Shown: positions 47,990 through 60,197 of the stretch, piece by piece
How the letters are laid out: each line of letters opens with the position of its first letter
Position numbering within the stretch: the stretch's first letter is position 1
DNA from: Balamuthia mandrillaris
Taxonomy: Eukaryota
Direction: 5' to 3'
DNA: 64,000 nucleotides
Assembly (NCBI GenBank): GCA_031835245.2
Contig: JAVKOQ020000014.1
Location: 248,001-312,000 of the forward strand
Translations under genes and position numbers: made by a program
The notes under the pieces: generated by a model
The model's database searches: none
What the model was told of the DNA's origin: nothing
The model's input: the letters and a program-made list of their open reading frames with translations, nothing else

Positions 47990-50900
47990 ATGCAAAGGAG
48001 GAACAGGTGCTTCTGTTCCATGTCTTCCAACCCCGAACATCCCCCGTCTTCTCACGCTGTGTTGCTGCTGTTCCTCCTCCGCTCCTGCCTGCTCGCCTGC
48101 TGCGTTACCGGCGCCTCCGCTTTGGCGTGCGGCCAACACTCTTGGTCCACGGTGCCAACAAACCCGGCCCCGGGCGAGCCCTTCGTTCTCAACCTGGCGA
48201 TCCAAGTGTGGAAGGGTTCCTTTCACGACTTGTTTTGCGTTCTGACGCTTCTACCGCATCCTGATTTTGATGCCTGGGCCACCGATGGTTCGGTTTTCTT
48301 TCTCTGTTTTTGAATCTTCTTTACTTGTTTCTTCGCTTCACTCACAGGCTGCTTTGCGTTCCCATTCTCTGCACAGAACTCTCTGTACCAACACCTCCAC
48401 CCAATTTTCGCGTTAGGTGCAAAGATAACCGCTGCATAGCCGCCGGAGAGGGCGTTTTCTATGCTCAGAAGCACTTCAACCCGCCTCTCTCAGCCGTGCA
48501 GCCATCGCCTCTCACGTACACTCTTGCCGCCTTTGGTACCCCTCAGTACAACGCTTTGGACATCAAAATAGGTCCGAGGTTCAACCTCAAGGCCAACTTC
48601 ACCGCCAAGCTTCCACCAGCTTTTGTGCCTGGCCAACAAACTGTATTTCACCCTTCCTTCAACCTTTCGAGCAGCGGCCCTTCTTTGGTTAAAGCTGGCT
48701 ATTGCTTGGTCTCCGTTGCACCGCTCTCTCTGTTGGATCGCGAAGCCTTGCCGCCTACTTGCGGAGATGGCCCGAACGGGACCATTCGCTGCAACTTTCA
48801 AAACAATAATTTGCCGCCTGCTACCATTGGTGTGTGCCAGACTCTTTCTTCTCCTTCTTATGCTTCTTTCTATCTCTCTCTCTTCTTCACCTTCTGCTGC
48901 TGCTCTCTTTGTTTACAACGTTTGATGTTTTTGTCTTTTTCAGAAAGCTTTGCTTTTAGGACGGTTCCTTTGGGTCCCTCTGCTCGAGACAAGATAAAAG
49001 TGGAGGTACCATCATGCAACAACGCAGCAGGCAATGAGTTGGACCATTACTCTGCGCCCGACCCTCTGACCTCAGCGCCATCTCCAGACATTCGCCTTGC
49101 CTTTTCTTTGACCAGTAGGATTTCACTTTGTTTATAGTTTTTGAGTCTAACACGAACGACCTAACCAACAACAAACCTCAAAAGATAAATCTGGTTCCGT
49201 CATCGTGCCTGGCGAGCTGGCTGCGATCGGTTTCAACCTGTCCAACTCGGGCCAGTCCACCAGCCTCGCCACAACGATGACCTGGCATTTCCCTCCAAAC
49301 CTCACCATAATCCACAATTCCTTCACTCGATCCTATTGTTGCCTCAATGACTCTCTCAATTCACTCTCCTGCACGTTGGACGTAAAGCCAAACCAAGTGG
49401 TGAAAAGCCAAGTTTTGGTGCTTGCGGACGCCTCTTTGGCTGTTCAAGTGATGGATTTCTGGGTGGATTGCAAGGATGAGCTGGAGAAGGAGCTGCCCAA
49501 AACAACAGGCCAGTTGCAAGTGACTCCTTTCAGCAACGACGTGTTGCTTAAAACTCAATGGCTCTCTCCTTCCAACATGTCCACTCAAAGGGTAAGCCCG
49601 ATTTTCTTTCGGTTATTACTCTCGTTCCTTCTTTCCCTGATTCATGAATACCGTTTTGAAGGAACACAACAACGACTACGCTTTCTCGGTGGAGGCCAAG
49701 AGTGGAGGACCTTCTTGGGCTCGCCAAGTGGGCTGCTTCTTCAACTTCACTATCCTGCACGATGACTCCTCCCTAGCCGAAACCACGTTCTCCACTTCTT
49801 TGCCAAAACAAGCATGCCTCATCCTAACAGACACCATCGCATCCAAGCACGTGCTCTGCCAAGTGGGGGACCTGTCCACCAGCACTTGGACATCCTTCCG
49901 CTTCGCCCTCTCCTCCAAGCAACCCTTGGCAGCAACCAAGGTGGAGATCGGATGCCGAAGCAGCACACCCAACCACTTCCCTCTGATCTCTTGGTCTGCT
50001 GTCTTGGGTGATGGTGGAGCAAAACCCAGCATCGATCCAGGTGCGGGAGAGACAGCCAGCCAGTTCCCAGACAACACCCCAAACCTCCAACTGGTCCCCA
50101 AGCAAGGCGCTGCCCCTCAAGAACATCTCCGCTTGGACTTTGTGTTTCACTCCATTCGGGAGTTGGACGAGAAAGGGGAGGAGGTGAGGAAGATGAGCTT
50201 CCCTTCTTCTGGCTACCACTCCTCTTTCTTGGATGAGAGGACCATTGCCTTCCTGTGGGAGGTGGAGGAAGATGAAAAGAAGGAGGAAGGGAGAAAGGGA
50301 GTGGAATGGAGATTCACGGTGGTGGAGGAGGAGAAGGAGTTTCATGTGGGGAACAGGACATTCAAGGTGGGTGCTGGGTTCACCAAATGGAGCGTGATGC
50401 TCTCTGGATGGCCTCCATCCAACCTCACTTCCTCTTCTTCTCCTCCTTCTTCTTCATTCTCTTCTTCTGCAGAACATTGGAGAAGGAGAGGGGAAGAAAA
50501 GAAAGAGGAGAAGATGGGGAAATGGTTGGAGATGAAGGTGAGCATGAAGAGTTTGGATGGTGGGTTGACACTCCAACACCTCAACCACTCCCTCTTGCAA
50601 GGCGGAGGCGGGACCCGAACGAGAGGAGTGTGGAAGAGCAACCACACCCAAGTCACGGTGGGCCTGTTGCAGGTGTGCTTGGTGGATGGCCGAGAAAGAG
50701 CAGCATTTGCCAGCGTGGAGGAGGAAGGAGGAGGAGAAGGAGAACAATGGATGGTGATCCGAATGCCCCTGGGCCAAGAGATGTTTTACGACCCGGACGT
50801 GCAAGTCTTGGTGGATGCCACGGGAGGAGGAGAGAGGGAGAGCGGGGTGAATGTGAAGCTGGTGGTGGCGGTGTCGGTGAGCGTGGGGGTGGCGCTCTGT

Positions 50901-51056
50901 GCGGTGGTCTCCGTGCTCTCCGGCGCCGTGGTCTGGCGGCGAAGAAAGGTGAGCGAGATCTCGGCCTCCATGGGCGCCGTCAACTTCTCGGGTGAGGACT
51001 TTTCGATGGAAGGAGCAGAGTATGCTCCTCTTTTGGAGGCCCACGACGAGTATTGA
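47990..51056 (+). CDS. Large type I membrane surface protein, paralogue B (start codon uncertain: 47927, 47990 or 48020)
   Basis: WSTVPTNPAPGEPFVL, KSGGPSWARQV, FHSIRELD, MFYDPDVQVLV, TM, GAVNF...YAPLL. Confidence 0.77.
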
Positions 51057-51173
51057 ACCAACACAACGCATTGAATGTCGCTTTTTCTGTTCTCTCTCTT
51101 TCTCCTTGTTGTTGTTTGGTGTATAGTAAGGAAAGAAATGTCTGATATCTTCTTGTCACTATCTCTCCAGTTG

Positions 51174-51208
<35 letters not shown>

Positions 51209-51310
51209 CTCGCTCTCGCCGATAAAGCACATAAATGATTGTGAAGTTCACACTTTGCTTCCGGCCAACCATATTAGAACAAAACAAACGATAACGAACA
51301 GTACGTGCCA

Positions 51311-54300
51311 ATGCGCAAGCGACCAACGCGTTGGTTTGTTGTGGCAACGGTGCTCCTCCTCCTCCTCTGGTCGTGCGGCAGCTTTTCAGGTGCAGATGGT
51401 TGGCTGTGTGCTCCCCACGCTTGGTCCACGCTGCCGGAGAAGCCGGCCCCTGGGAACCCCTTCGTGCTGAGCCTGGCCGTAAACATTACAGAGGCGGACC
51501 CGCCCTGCGTGCTTGAGCTTCAACCGCACCCTCAATACGACGCGTGGGCAACCTCTGGTGCGTGTTAAACCCTTTCTCTCCTCGTCGTTTCTCTTTCGCT
51601 TTCTCCCATCTCGCCTATCGCTCATCTATTGCATCTATCACTCTCCACCACCAAGGCCTCGCCGTCTCAGACCTTCCTGCTGGCACAAGTGCCGACTGCA
51701 GGTCCCAAAGGAACCGTTGCATTATGGAGGGCACCGCGTCCGCTCCTGTCATCGCTCAAATAACCTACGAACCTCCTCCAACTGCAGCCCAACCCACCGA
51801 ACCTCTCCATTACTCCCTTGGCATGGGTGACAAGGAGCATGAGAGCACCAGCACCTACTCTTTGGACATCACCCTCAAGCCAAGGTTCAGCCTCACCGCA
51901 AACTTTACCTCCGATCTGCCTCGGTCCTATGTTCCAGGCCAAGCCACGCCTCTCTCCTTCTCTTTCGACGTTCTCAACACGGGACCTTCTGCGGTTCGTG
52001 ATGGCTTTTGTCTGGTGTATTTTGCTCCGTCGGTTATCGTGGATCGTGACGCTCTCCCTTCGACCTGTGGAGATGATGAGCCAAGCGGCCTCCTTCGTTG
52101 TTCGTTCCTTAGCTTGCCGCCCACCACTCATGGTATTCTTTCGTTCACCCGTTGTCGTTTCTTTCTTTCTTTCTTTCTTCTTTCTTTCAACTCTCTTATG
52201 GTGAGTTAACTTCTCGACGTGCCATCGCTCCGGCCTGCAGAAAGCTTTTCGTTTCGGACACTCCCAGCGGACCCGGCGCTGAGAGAAGTGGTCGTGGCTG
52301 CGGTTCCCACATGCAACAACACGGCAGGCGATGAGCTCGTTCGTTACACTCCTCCCATTCCAGAGACCTCCCAACCGTCTCCAGAAGTTCAACTTGACTT
52401 CGCGTTGAAACGTAAGTATTGTCGTTTATTTTGTTGTCTGTTCTTTGTACTTTGTGATAGTTTCTTCATGATACTCTTGTTCTTCTTGTTCTTATTCCTC
52501 TTCTTCTACTTGTTGTTCTTGTTCTTCGTTCTTGTTCTTCTTGTTCTTCTTCTTCCTTCTTCTTCTTCTTCTTCTTCTTCTTCTTCTTCTTCTTCTTCTT
52601 CTCCTCCTCCTTCATGAGTTCACAAACTATCATATAGGGAATCCAATACCTGTTGTAGCAGGTAATGCAACTACCATTAGGTTTGCGCTGTCCAACTCAG
52701 GCCTTTCAACGAGCCTGTCTTCCTCCATGACTTGGCTGTTTCCTCTCAACCTCACCGTCACGCCAAACTCCTTCACTCAAAACTATTGTCAGCCACCTCT
52801 GCGGGAGGAGAATGTGGAGCTGAGTTGCTTGGTGGACGTTGCGCCAGGCGAAGTTTTAGAAAACGACATCCAGGTCCGTTTGGACGCGAACTCTTCGGTG
52901 TCGGCTACGAGCTTCTCTGTGGAAGTCAAGGACGAGCTTAAACAGGGGCTGCCAATAGTAACGGGAACGTTGAATGCAATGACATTCAGCAAAAACGTGT
53001 TGATGAAAGTGCAATTGCTGAATACTTCCACCGTCCAAACCAAGGTTTGGTTTTTAATGTTCTTGTTCTTTGTTCCTTGCTCTCCTCTTTGTTCCTGTCG
53101 GAGTTCTCTTTCTTTTGCTTTTGCTGTTTCGTTTGTTTTGTTTATCTGCTCGGTTTATGTTTTGGTGTTAATCGTTGCAACACAAAAGAACTTTGAAGTG
53201 GCGATGAAGAGTGGAGGACCTTCGTGGGCTCGCCAGGTCAGTTGCTTCTTCAACTTCACCAGCCAGAACGACGATTCCTCTCTTGCGGACGTCAGCTTCA
53301 CCACCTCTTTGCCAAAACAAGCGTGCGTAGTGTTGGAGGCCGCTTTAGCCACCAAACATGTTCTCTGCCAAGTGGGCGACCTGTCCACCTCTTCTTGGAC
53401 CTCCTTCAACTACTCCCTCACCTCTCCAGACCCTTTGCTATCCACCAAAATGGAGATAGGATGTCAAAGCAGCACGCCCAACGACTTTCCTCTGGTCTCC
53501 TGGTCTGCTGTCTTGGATGACGATGGAGCCAAGACCGCCATCGACCCTGATACCGGCAGTACCGCTAGCCAGTTCCCAGACAACACCCCAAATCTTCAAC
53601 TCGTTCCCAAGCAGGGCTCTCAACCGCAAGAACACCTCCGCCTTAACTTTGCCTTTCATTCCGTCAAGGAGCTGGATGAAAATAGCAACGTGGTAAGAAG
53701 CATGACCTTTCCTCCTTCGGGATATGCCTCTACTTTCTTGGACGAGAGAACCATTCAGTTTGTGGTGGCGCTGGATGACGAAGAAGGAGATGGAAGGAAG
53801 AGGGTGGAATGGACATTCACAGTGGTGGAAGAAGAGAGGGAGTTTCATGTAGGCAACACAACGTTCAAGGTGGGTGCTGGGTTCAACAAATGGAGCGTGA
53901 GCCTGTTAGGCTGGCTACCATCCCCCAATCCTTCGTCTCCGTCATATTCTTCTGTTTCATCATCCCCCTCTACTTCTTCTTCATTGTCATCATCAGCTTC
54001 CTCTTCTTCCTCTTCTTCCTCTTCTTCCTCTTCCTGTTCCTCTTCCTCTTCCTCTTCCTCTTCCTCTTCCTCTTCCTCTTCCTCTTCCTCTTCCTCTTCC
54101 TCTTCCTCTTCCTCTTCCTCTTCCTCTTCCTCTTCCTCTTCCTCTTCCTCTTCCTCTTTTTCTTCTTCTTCCTCCTCCTCCGCCTCTACTGGATCTGGTT
54201 CCTCCACAACAGGAGAGGTAAGATGGCTGGAGTTAAAAGTCAGTATGAACAGTTCCGATGGCGCTTTGAACCCACATCATCCAGCTGCCGTGAACTTGGC

Positions 54301-54766
54301 AGAAGAAACCGCAACCAAAGGGATGTGGCGGACCAACCACACCCAAGTCATCCTCAACTTGCTGCAAGTGTGTATGGTGGATGGCAAAGAACAACCAGCA
54401 TTTGCCAGAGTGGAAGAAGAAGAGGCGAGCAATGAAGATGAAGCGCAACAACAATGGCTGCTCATCCGACTGCCCGTTGGAAGGCACATGTTTTACGATC
54501 TCGACGTGCAGGTCTTGGTGGACACAAGAAGTGAAGAAGACGAGGGAACGAACGTGAAGCTGGTGGTGGCCGTGTCGGTCAGCATCGGTGTGGCTGTGTG
54601 CATGGTCGTTGCGGTCGTCTCTGGCGGAATTGCGTGGCGGATCCGAAAGGCACGGATGTTCTCCGCTTCGTTGGGTGCCGTCAACTTTTCTGTAGAGGAG
54701 CTCTACGCCCCTCTCCTTGATGATGATGCCGGTGGTGGCTCGCAAGATGCATCCTATTTTCTGTAA
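51311..54766 (+). CDS. Large type I membrane surface protein, paralogue C
   Basis: Same architecture, with an in-frame poly-Ser insertion from (TCTTCC)n. Confidence 0.77.
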
Positions 54767-54771
54767 AGAAC

Positions 54772-55032
54772 AAAAAAAAAACATTACCTCTCCTGCCATC
54801 GGTGTCGAACCGGCGGCCGGATTTTCTTCTCAAAAAAAAACGCTTTCCCTTCGGTATCGAACCGACGGCCAGTGAAACACGCATTACAAGAAAAAAAGAA
54901 CATGTCCGCCTTCGGTGTCGAACTGGTGGTAATACAGCAACAAAAAAAAGAATGGCTTCCTTGGGTGTCGAACTGGTGGCAATACTGGCTTGCCAAAAAA
55001 AAGGAATGGCATCCTTGGGTGTCGAACTGGTG
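54772..55032 (-). repeat. Five tandem 50-61 bp units, each a GTTCGAYACC core followed by a T-tract
   Basis: GGTRTCGAAC on + at 54801, 54853, 54914, 54964 and 55018, each preceded on + by an A7-10 tract. Confidence 0.85.
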
Positions 55033-55066
55033 TGCCACCAATTGCCAAGAAAGAAGCGCTCAGAAG

Positions 55067-55378
55067 ATGAAGAGGCTGTACCTGTTCCGCAAGCACAGCA
55101 AACAGCTGCAGGACTACTTCAAGCAGGAGATCAAGCGCCTCCAGTACAAAACCATGGTGACGGACGAAGGTCTGCCCCTGCAGGTGCGCCGCTTGGCCAA
55201 CTACAAGCTCCAAAATCTAAAGTCCCACAAGTACACCCCTCCCTCCGAGATTCGACGCCGCTGTGTCATCACCAACAACGCCCGCTCCGTCTCCAAGTTC
55301 TTCAAGATGCACAGGTATCAGCTCCGCTTGGATGCGCTATACGGCAAACTGCCTGGCGTTCACAAAGGCATCTGGTAG
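55067..55378 (+). CDS. rps14: Mitochondrial/bacterial-type ribosomal protein uS14 (intronless, nuclear)
   Basis: EIKRLQYK...LPLQVRRLANYKL...IRRRCVITNNARSVSKFFKMHRYQLRLDALYGKLPGVHKGIW matches the uS14 pattern RNRCxxTGRxR...SRxxxR...GxLPGVxKxSW. Confidence 0.88.
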   Translation: MKRLYLFRKHSKQLQDYFKQEIKRLQYKTMVTDEGLPLQVRRLANYKLQNLKSHKYTPPSEIRRRCVITNNARSVSKFFKMHRYQLRLDALYGKLPGVHKGIW

Positions 55379-55458
55379 ACCCACCGATCGAACTTGCCCA
55401 CTTGTTGTTGTTTTGTTCATTCAAAAAATCAAAACATTTTTCAAAACCAAAAACCACT

Positions 55459-56262
55459 TCACAACAAATCTTTGTTGAGGGCAGACGAAGAGGAAGTTGA
55501 AGAAGAAGGAGTTGCGGTGGTGGTGGCGGTGGTCAAAGGGACAGCCAACGTTCCGCTGTCGCTGTTGAGCGCCGTTTGAAGCCAAGCCGATCGCCCTTTC
55601 TTCAAGTTCTCTCTTCGGTATCTCTTCCACATCTTCTCGGCAGCGTTCGTCGATACCGACGAGGAAGAAGCAGACACGGAACGAAGCGGAGAAAGTTGTT
55701 CTTCTTCTTCTTCTTCTTCTGCATTCGCTTCCCTTTTACCTGGTTGTTGCTGTTCTTCTCCGGCAATCCTCCGCCCCTTTTCTCTCTCGGTCTCCTCCAT
55801 CCCCTCTGCCGCAGCTTCTTCCTCTCTCTCTTTCAAGGAGTTGCTTCGCCTCTGTCTCCTTCTTATGCCTCTGCCCTCCAACGAAACGCTTCTTCGGCGT
55901 TGCAACCGCCCGCTGTCGTCGCTTCTGCCTGGTCGTCCCTCTTCCGTTTCCTTCTCTCCTTCCTCTTCCGCTCCACCTCCTTCTCCTCCTTCTGCTGTTG
56001 CTTCGTCCTGCTTCACTCTCTTCACTTTTGTTGAAGAAGCATAAGAGGAGGCTTGTCCCTCCTTCTGTTGTTGGTAGCGATGCATAAGGAGGCGCCGACG
56101 GTAGGCGGCATGGCGCTTGCGCTCCTTCCGGCTGAGCTCCTTGAGGAGGCTGACCCACCTGCGCTTGGCCTGCTCGTTGGCGGCCGTCACCTTGATCCTC
56201 ACCTCCTTCACCACCAGCCGAAACTCATGCTTGCCTTCCGAGAAGTGAGCGAGAGCGAGAGA

Positions 56263-56298
<36 letters not shown>

Positions 56299-58644
56299 CG
56301 AAGAAGAACAAGAATTCGAACCAGGTAAGCTCTCGACACGGAGGTTGATGAGGGGAATGGTGTGCCTCCATTCCAGCTTCTTGGCGTTGTGCTTTCTTCT
56401 CTTTACCACCAGCAATACGTCCCTTTGTGTGTTGTTTAAAACCGTAAGGAAGAAGAAGAAGAAGAAGAACAAGAAGAACAAGAAGAACAAGAAGAAGAAG
56501 AAGAAGAAGAAGAAGAAGAGAAGAAGAAGAAGAAGAAGAAGAAGAAGAAGAAGAAGAAGAAGAAGAAGAGGGAGAAGAAGAAGAAGAAGAAGAAGAAGAA
56601 GAAGAAGAAGAAGAACAAGAGAAAGAACAAGAAGAAGAACAAGAAGAAGAACAGAACAACAAGAAAGGAAGGAAGACGTACGAAAATAAAAAAAACAAAC
56701 GAGACCGCATCAAGCCAACAAACTTTTCAATCTTCAGCTCGTGCGCTTTGGACCCGCCCACGTACCATCTCCATGGCAGCACCAGTTGCTGCGTTTGCGC
56801 ACAAACGTGTCACAGCCTACCGAAAGGGTACGAAAGCAAGAGAAGAGGAGAGAAGGAAAGAGAACGAAACGTACGCCAAGTTTTTCACAGTCGATCCTTT
56901 GTTGGATCCTCAACACCTGCTCGGTGTCACCGATGGTAGGGCACACCGACGCCAGCTCCTTCAAGGCGGAAGCATAGGCGGAGAGAACCTGCTCCAGAGC
57001 GTAACGTTCGGAGGAACTGGATGAGGGAGAGGACGGAGAGGAAGCCGCAGATGAGGATGAAGAGGGCGGTTCCGGGGTGTCGTTCTTCACTTTGGTGAGA
57101 AGGAAGAGGGCGCAGGGAGGGCGTTGAATGGGCACGCGGAGGAGGTCTTCCAGGAAGAGGCCGTGGCTCATCTCGGGAAGGCTTACCTTCTGTTGAAGCC
57201 ATGTGACGGCCAAGACGGAAGCTGGTCAGAGGGAGGAAGAGGGAAAGGGGATAAGACAGAACCAAAAGGAAGAGGAGAACAAACGCTTAGCAGGAAGGGA
57301 ACGAGTCGAGGTCGGTTGTTGAGACAGTGCTCCAGGTGAATGGCTGCGCTTGGATGGTTGGACACGTACTTCTTGTACTCCTTCAGGTACTCACCCTTGA
57401 AACAACAAAACAAGGGGTAAGAAGAAAGAGAAACCAACTACATAAGCAAACTAATAGGAACGAAGAATGTACTTACCACGTCGAAAAGGTCAGCAAGCGC
57501 CCTCTCGGAAGCGTGTTGCTTGGGCCAATCGACTGTCAACCTTTGCTGCAGAGCGGTGAGCAAACTCCTCTCGTGGCTCATGAGCGCTTCTACGTTGCCA
57601 AAGATGAGCGCTATATCTTCATTGGTGAGTATCTCCTCTTTAGTTCCGACGAGTTCGGCAAGAGGGGTTCTTATTTGCTGTGCATGAGGTATTCACGTTA
57701 ACGTGAGCGTAAGAGAGAGAAAGCGAGAGAGGAGAGCTAACCTCGCATAACAGTCGCATAGCTTTGGCCTGATACTTCTCCACACGAAACAGCTCGCAAA
57801 GAGCTCTCCAGCGTTTATCCGATCGCAAGACGTTTGGCAAGGGCACGTTCAGCCTGCTGTACCAGCTTGAGGAGAGCTTTCTTGGGGCGGCTCTCCTCCT
57901 TCTTTCCTGTGAAGCCGCGGAAGCCGAAGCTGAAGAAAGGAAGGAAGGAAGCACGGCGGCAACCGAAGACGACAGAGAAGATACGATGGAGGATAACTGG
58001 TTGTTGTTTGAGGATTCTACTTTGTATGGGAAGGAACCAGCTCTTGCTCTTGCTTCTGGAATACTAGCCTCATCTCCTCTTTTTGTTGGCGGGCTGTAAT
58101 GCATTGCACGATGCGCATCTGGACCTTTTGGCAATTGTTGTGTAGGTGGTTGCTCCTCCTCTCCTTCTTCTTTTTGTTCCTCGAACTCGGCTGCTTCCTC
58201 ATCTTCTTCCTCATCATCTTCCGCGTTGATGATCTCTGCTTCAGTGTCTTCTTCTATGATAGACTCTTCTTCTTCCTCTTCTTCTACTTCTTCCTCTGCT
58301 ACTCTTTCTATTTCCCTGGCAGCCTCTTTTGCTTCGTTTCCTTTCACCTCGGCAACCAGCACATTGGGAGAGCCGTTGCAGTCAGCGGCAGGCTCCTGTT
58401 GTACACCGCTGCCTCCTTTCACACTCTGTAGCGCTTCTTCCAAGCTAGCGGTAGAAGAGGAAGCAGATGAAGCAACTTGGTCAGGCCGATCGCTCCTTTT
58501 ACGGTGCCTCCTCCCCACGAGTCGAGCCACGAGTTCATTGTGCTTCACCTCAAGCTCAGCCACCGACTTTGAGATGTTAATGAGCTGCGAGGCAACCACC
58601 AGCCACGCGAGCAGCTGCACCACACCGAACAACGTCCAAAACAT
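55459..58644 (-). CDS. DH-PH (RhoGEF) domain protein with N-terminal hydrophobic anchor (multi-exon)
   Basis: RWRALCELFRVEKYQ, EDIALIFGNVE, YKKYVSNH, LEDLLRVPIQR (DH); VKEVRIKVTAANEQAKRRWVSLL (PH C-terminal helix). Confidence 0.8.
56449..56650. repeat. (GAA)n trinucleotide microsatellite in an intron
   Basis: Directly visible. Confidence 0.9.
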
Positions 58645-58898
58645 GCGACAGCGTGGAGTCTATGCTTGCAATAAAAGGTCTTTTCTTGGGGTCTTTTTTT
58701 GTTATTTTCCGTTCAAGGATGAAGCGACACAATTATCATGTCGTCACGGATTTAAAAAAGCTTTCGGAAACTATTCTAATAAAAATTTGGAATTCCAAGA
58801 AAAATTATTAAAAAAAAGTAGCAAAAAAAAGAGAAAGAAAAAAATTTTGCGATTGGAAATCTTCAACCAGCGAATCACATCAAAAAAAATAAAATAAA

Positions 58899-60197
58899 AT
58901 GAGGTTTATGGCCAAGTTAACCAACGTGAACCTTTTCATAAGTAAAGATCTCTCTCTTTTTTTTAATTTTGGTTTTTCCAGTTCCTTTTGCTTGTAATCC
59001 TTGCTACACAATAATCGCTGATGCTGTTTTTTTTCATTTCAACGATAACAAAAAAGAATTGGTTCAAACGATCGACAAGATTGGAAAGTCGTGTGTGGTC
59101 CATCTAACGCCGAAGAAAGTGGAGTTCATCCTTACTTCAGACATCACGGACGGCGTGCAAGTTTGGTCCGGCATCAATTCTGTACGTCATTTGCACATCC
59201 TTTGATTGATTTGTTTTCGTTTCTTGTCGTTTCTTTCTTTCTTTCTTTCTCTCTCTCTCTCTCTCTTGTCGTTTCTTTCTTTCTCTCTCTCTCTCTCTCT
59301 GTTGTTTCTTTCCAACTCACTCGCAGCAACCATAAAACCAAAAGTCTTCGTTATTCGATGAGTACAGAATAGAGAGCAAGAACCAGAACGAGATAGCCTT
59401 TGAGCTGAGCCTTGACAACCTGCTCAGGGGCTTAAAGTCGGGGCAGCTGGCCAGCGATATCACCCTCAAGCTCGCCAAGTTTGATGGCCAACCCACCCTC
59501 TGCATCGCAGTAAAGATACAGAGCCAACAGCAAATGATGTCGGTCGTGCAAGACATTCCAGTTAAACTCCTCACAGCCGCTCAACTCCAACAATTCATCG
59601 AACCCTATCTACCAGACCCTGAAGTACCCGTTTTTTCCTCCTTTCTTGCTTCTCTTCCTTCTTTACTTATTCCTTTTTTTCACAACAACAACAAAAACAA
59701 ACAGGTTTATATCATGTTACCTCCACTCAAGTTGATGCGAAGCGTAATCGATCGCATGAAAAACATTCACGACTATCTCATCATCACAGCCAACATGGCC
59801 GGCGATCTCACCCTCAAAGTGGAAACGGAGTTAGTCTCCATCGCCACGTTTTACCGCCAACTCGAACATCCTCAAATCGGTTTGTTTCTTCGCTTTGCTT
59901 TGCTTTGCTTTCTGCTTTGCGCTTCTTTTCTTCGTTTATGTTTTTGTATCGATTGGTGTTGATGTGTTTGTCTGTTGTTTGTGGTTTAAAACAGAGGGAC
60001 GGAGTCCGCCACGACACGACCCCAGCAAGTCGGCAGAGGTCAAAGTGGACATCAAGAAGTTTGCTCGGTTCTTGTACAGCTATCAGGTGGGACCGACCAA
60101 CGTCATCCTCTGTCTCGTGGTGGACAAGGCCGTGGTGTTGCACGTCTTGCTGGAGGACCTGTATCTCACCTACTACATCCCTGTTGTTCTTTCTTGA
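58899..60197 (+). CDS. HUS1: Checkpoint clamp (9-1-1) subunit HUS1 (multi-exon)
   Basis: MRFMAKL..., GVQVWS, LFDEYRIES-KNQNEIAFELSLDNLLRGLKS, VVQDIPV, LPPLKLMRSVIDRMKNI, ANMAGDL, VKVDIKKFARFL, LTYYIP. Confidence 0.9.

Noticed and set aside
54772..55032. CRISPR array interpretation of the repeat-spacer pattern
   Set aside because: The conserved core is only 10-15 bp, the spacers are related to each other and contain A-tracts, there are no cas genes, and the context is eukaryotic
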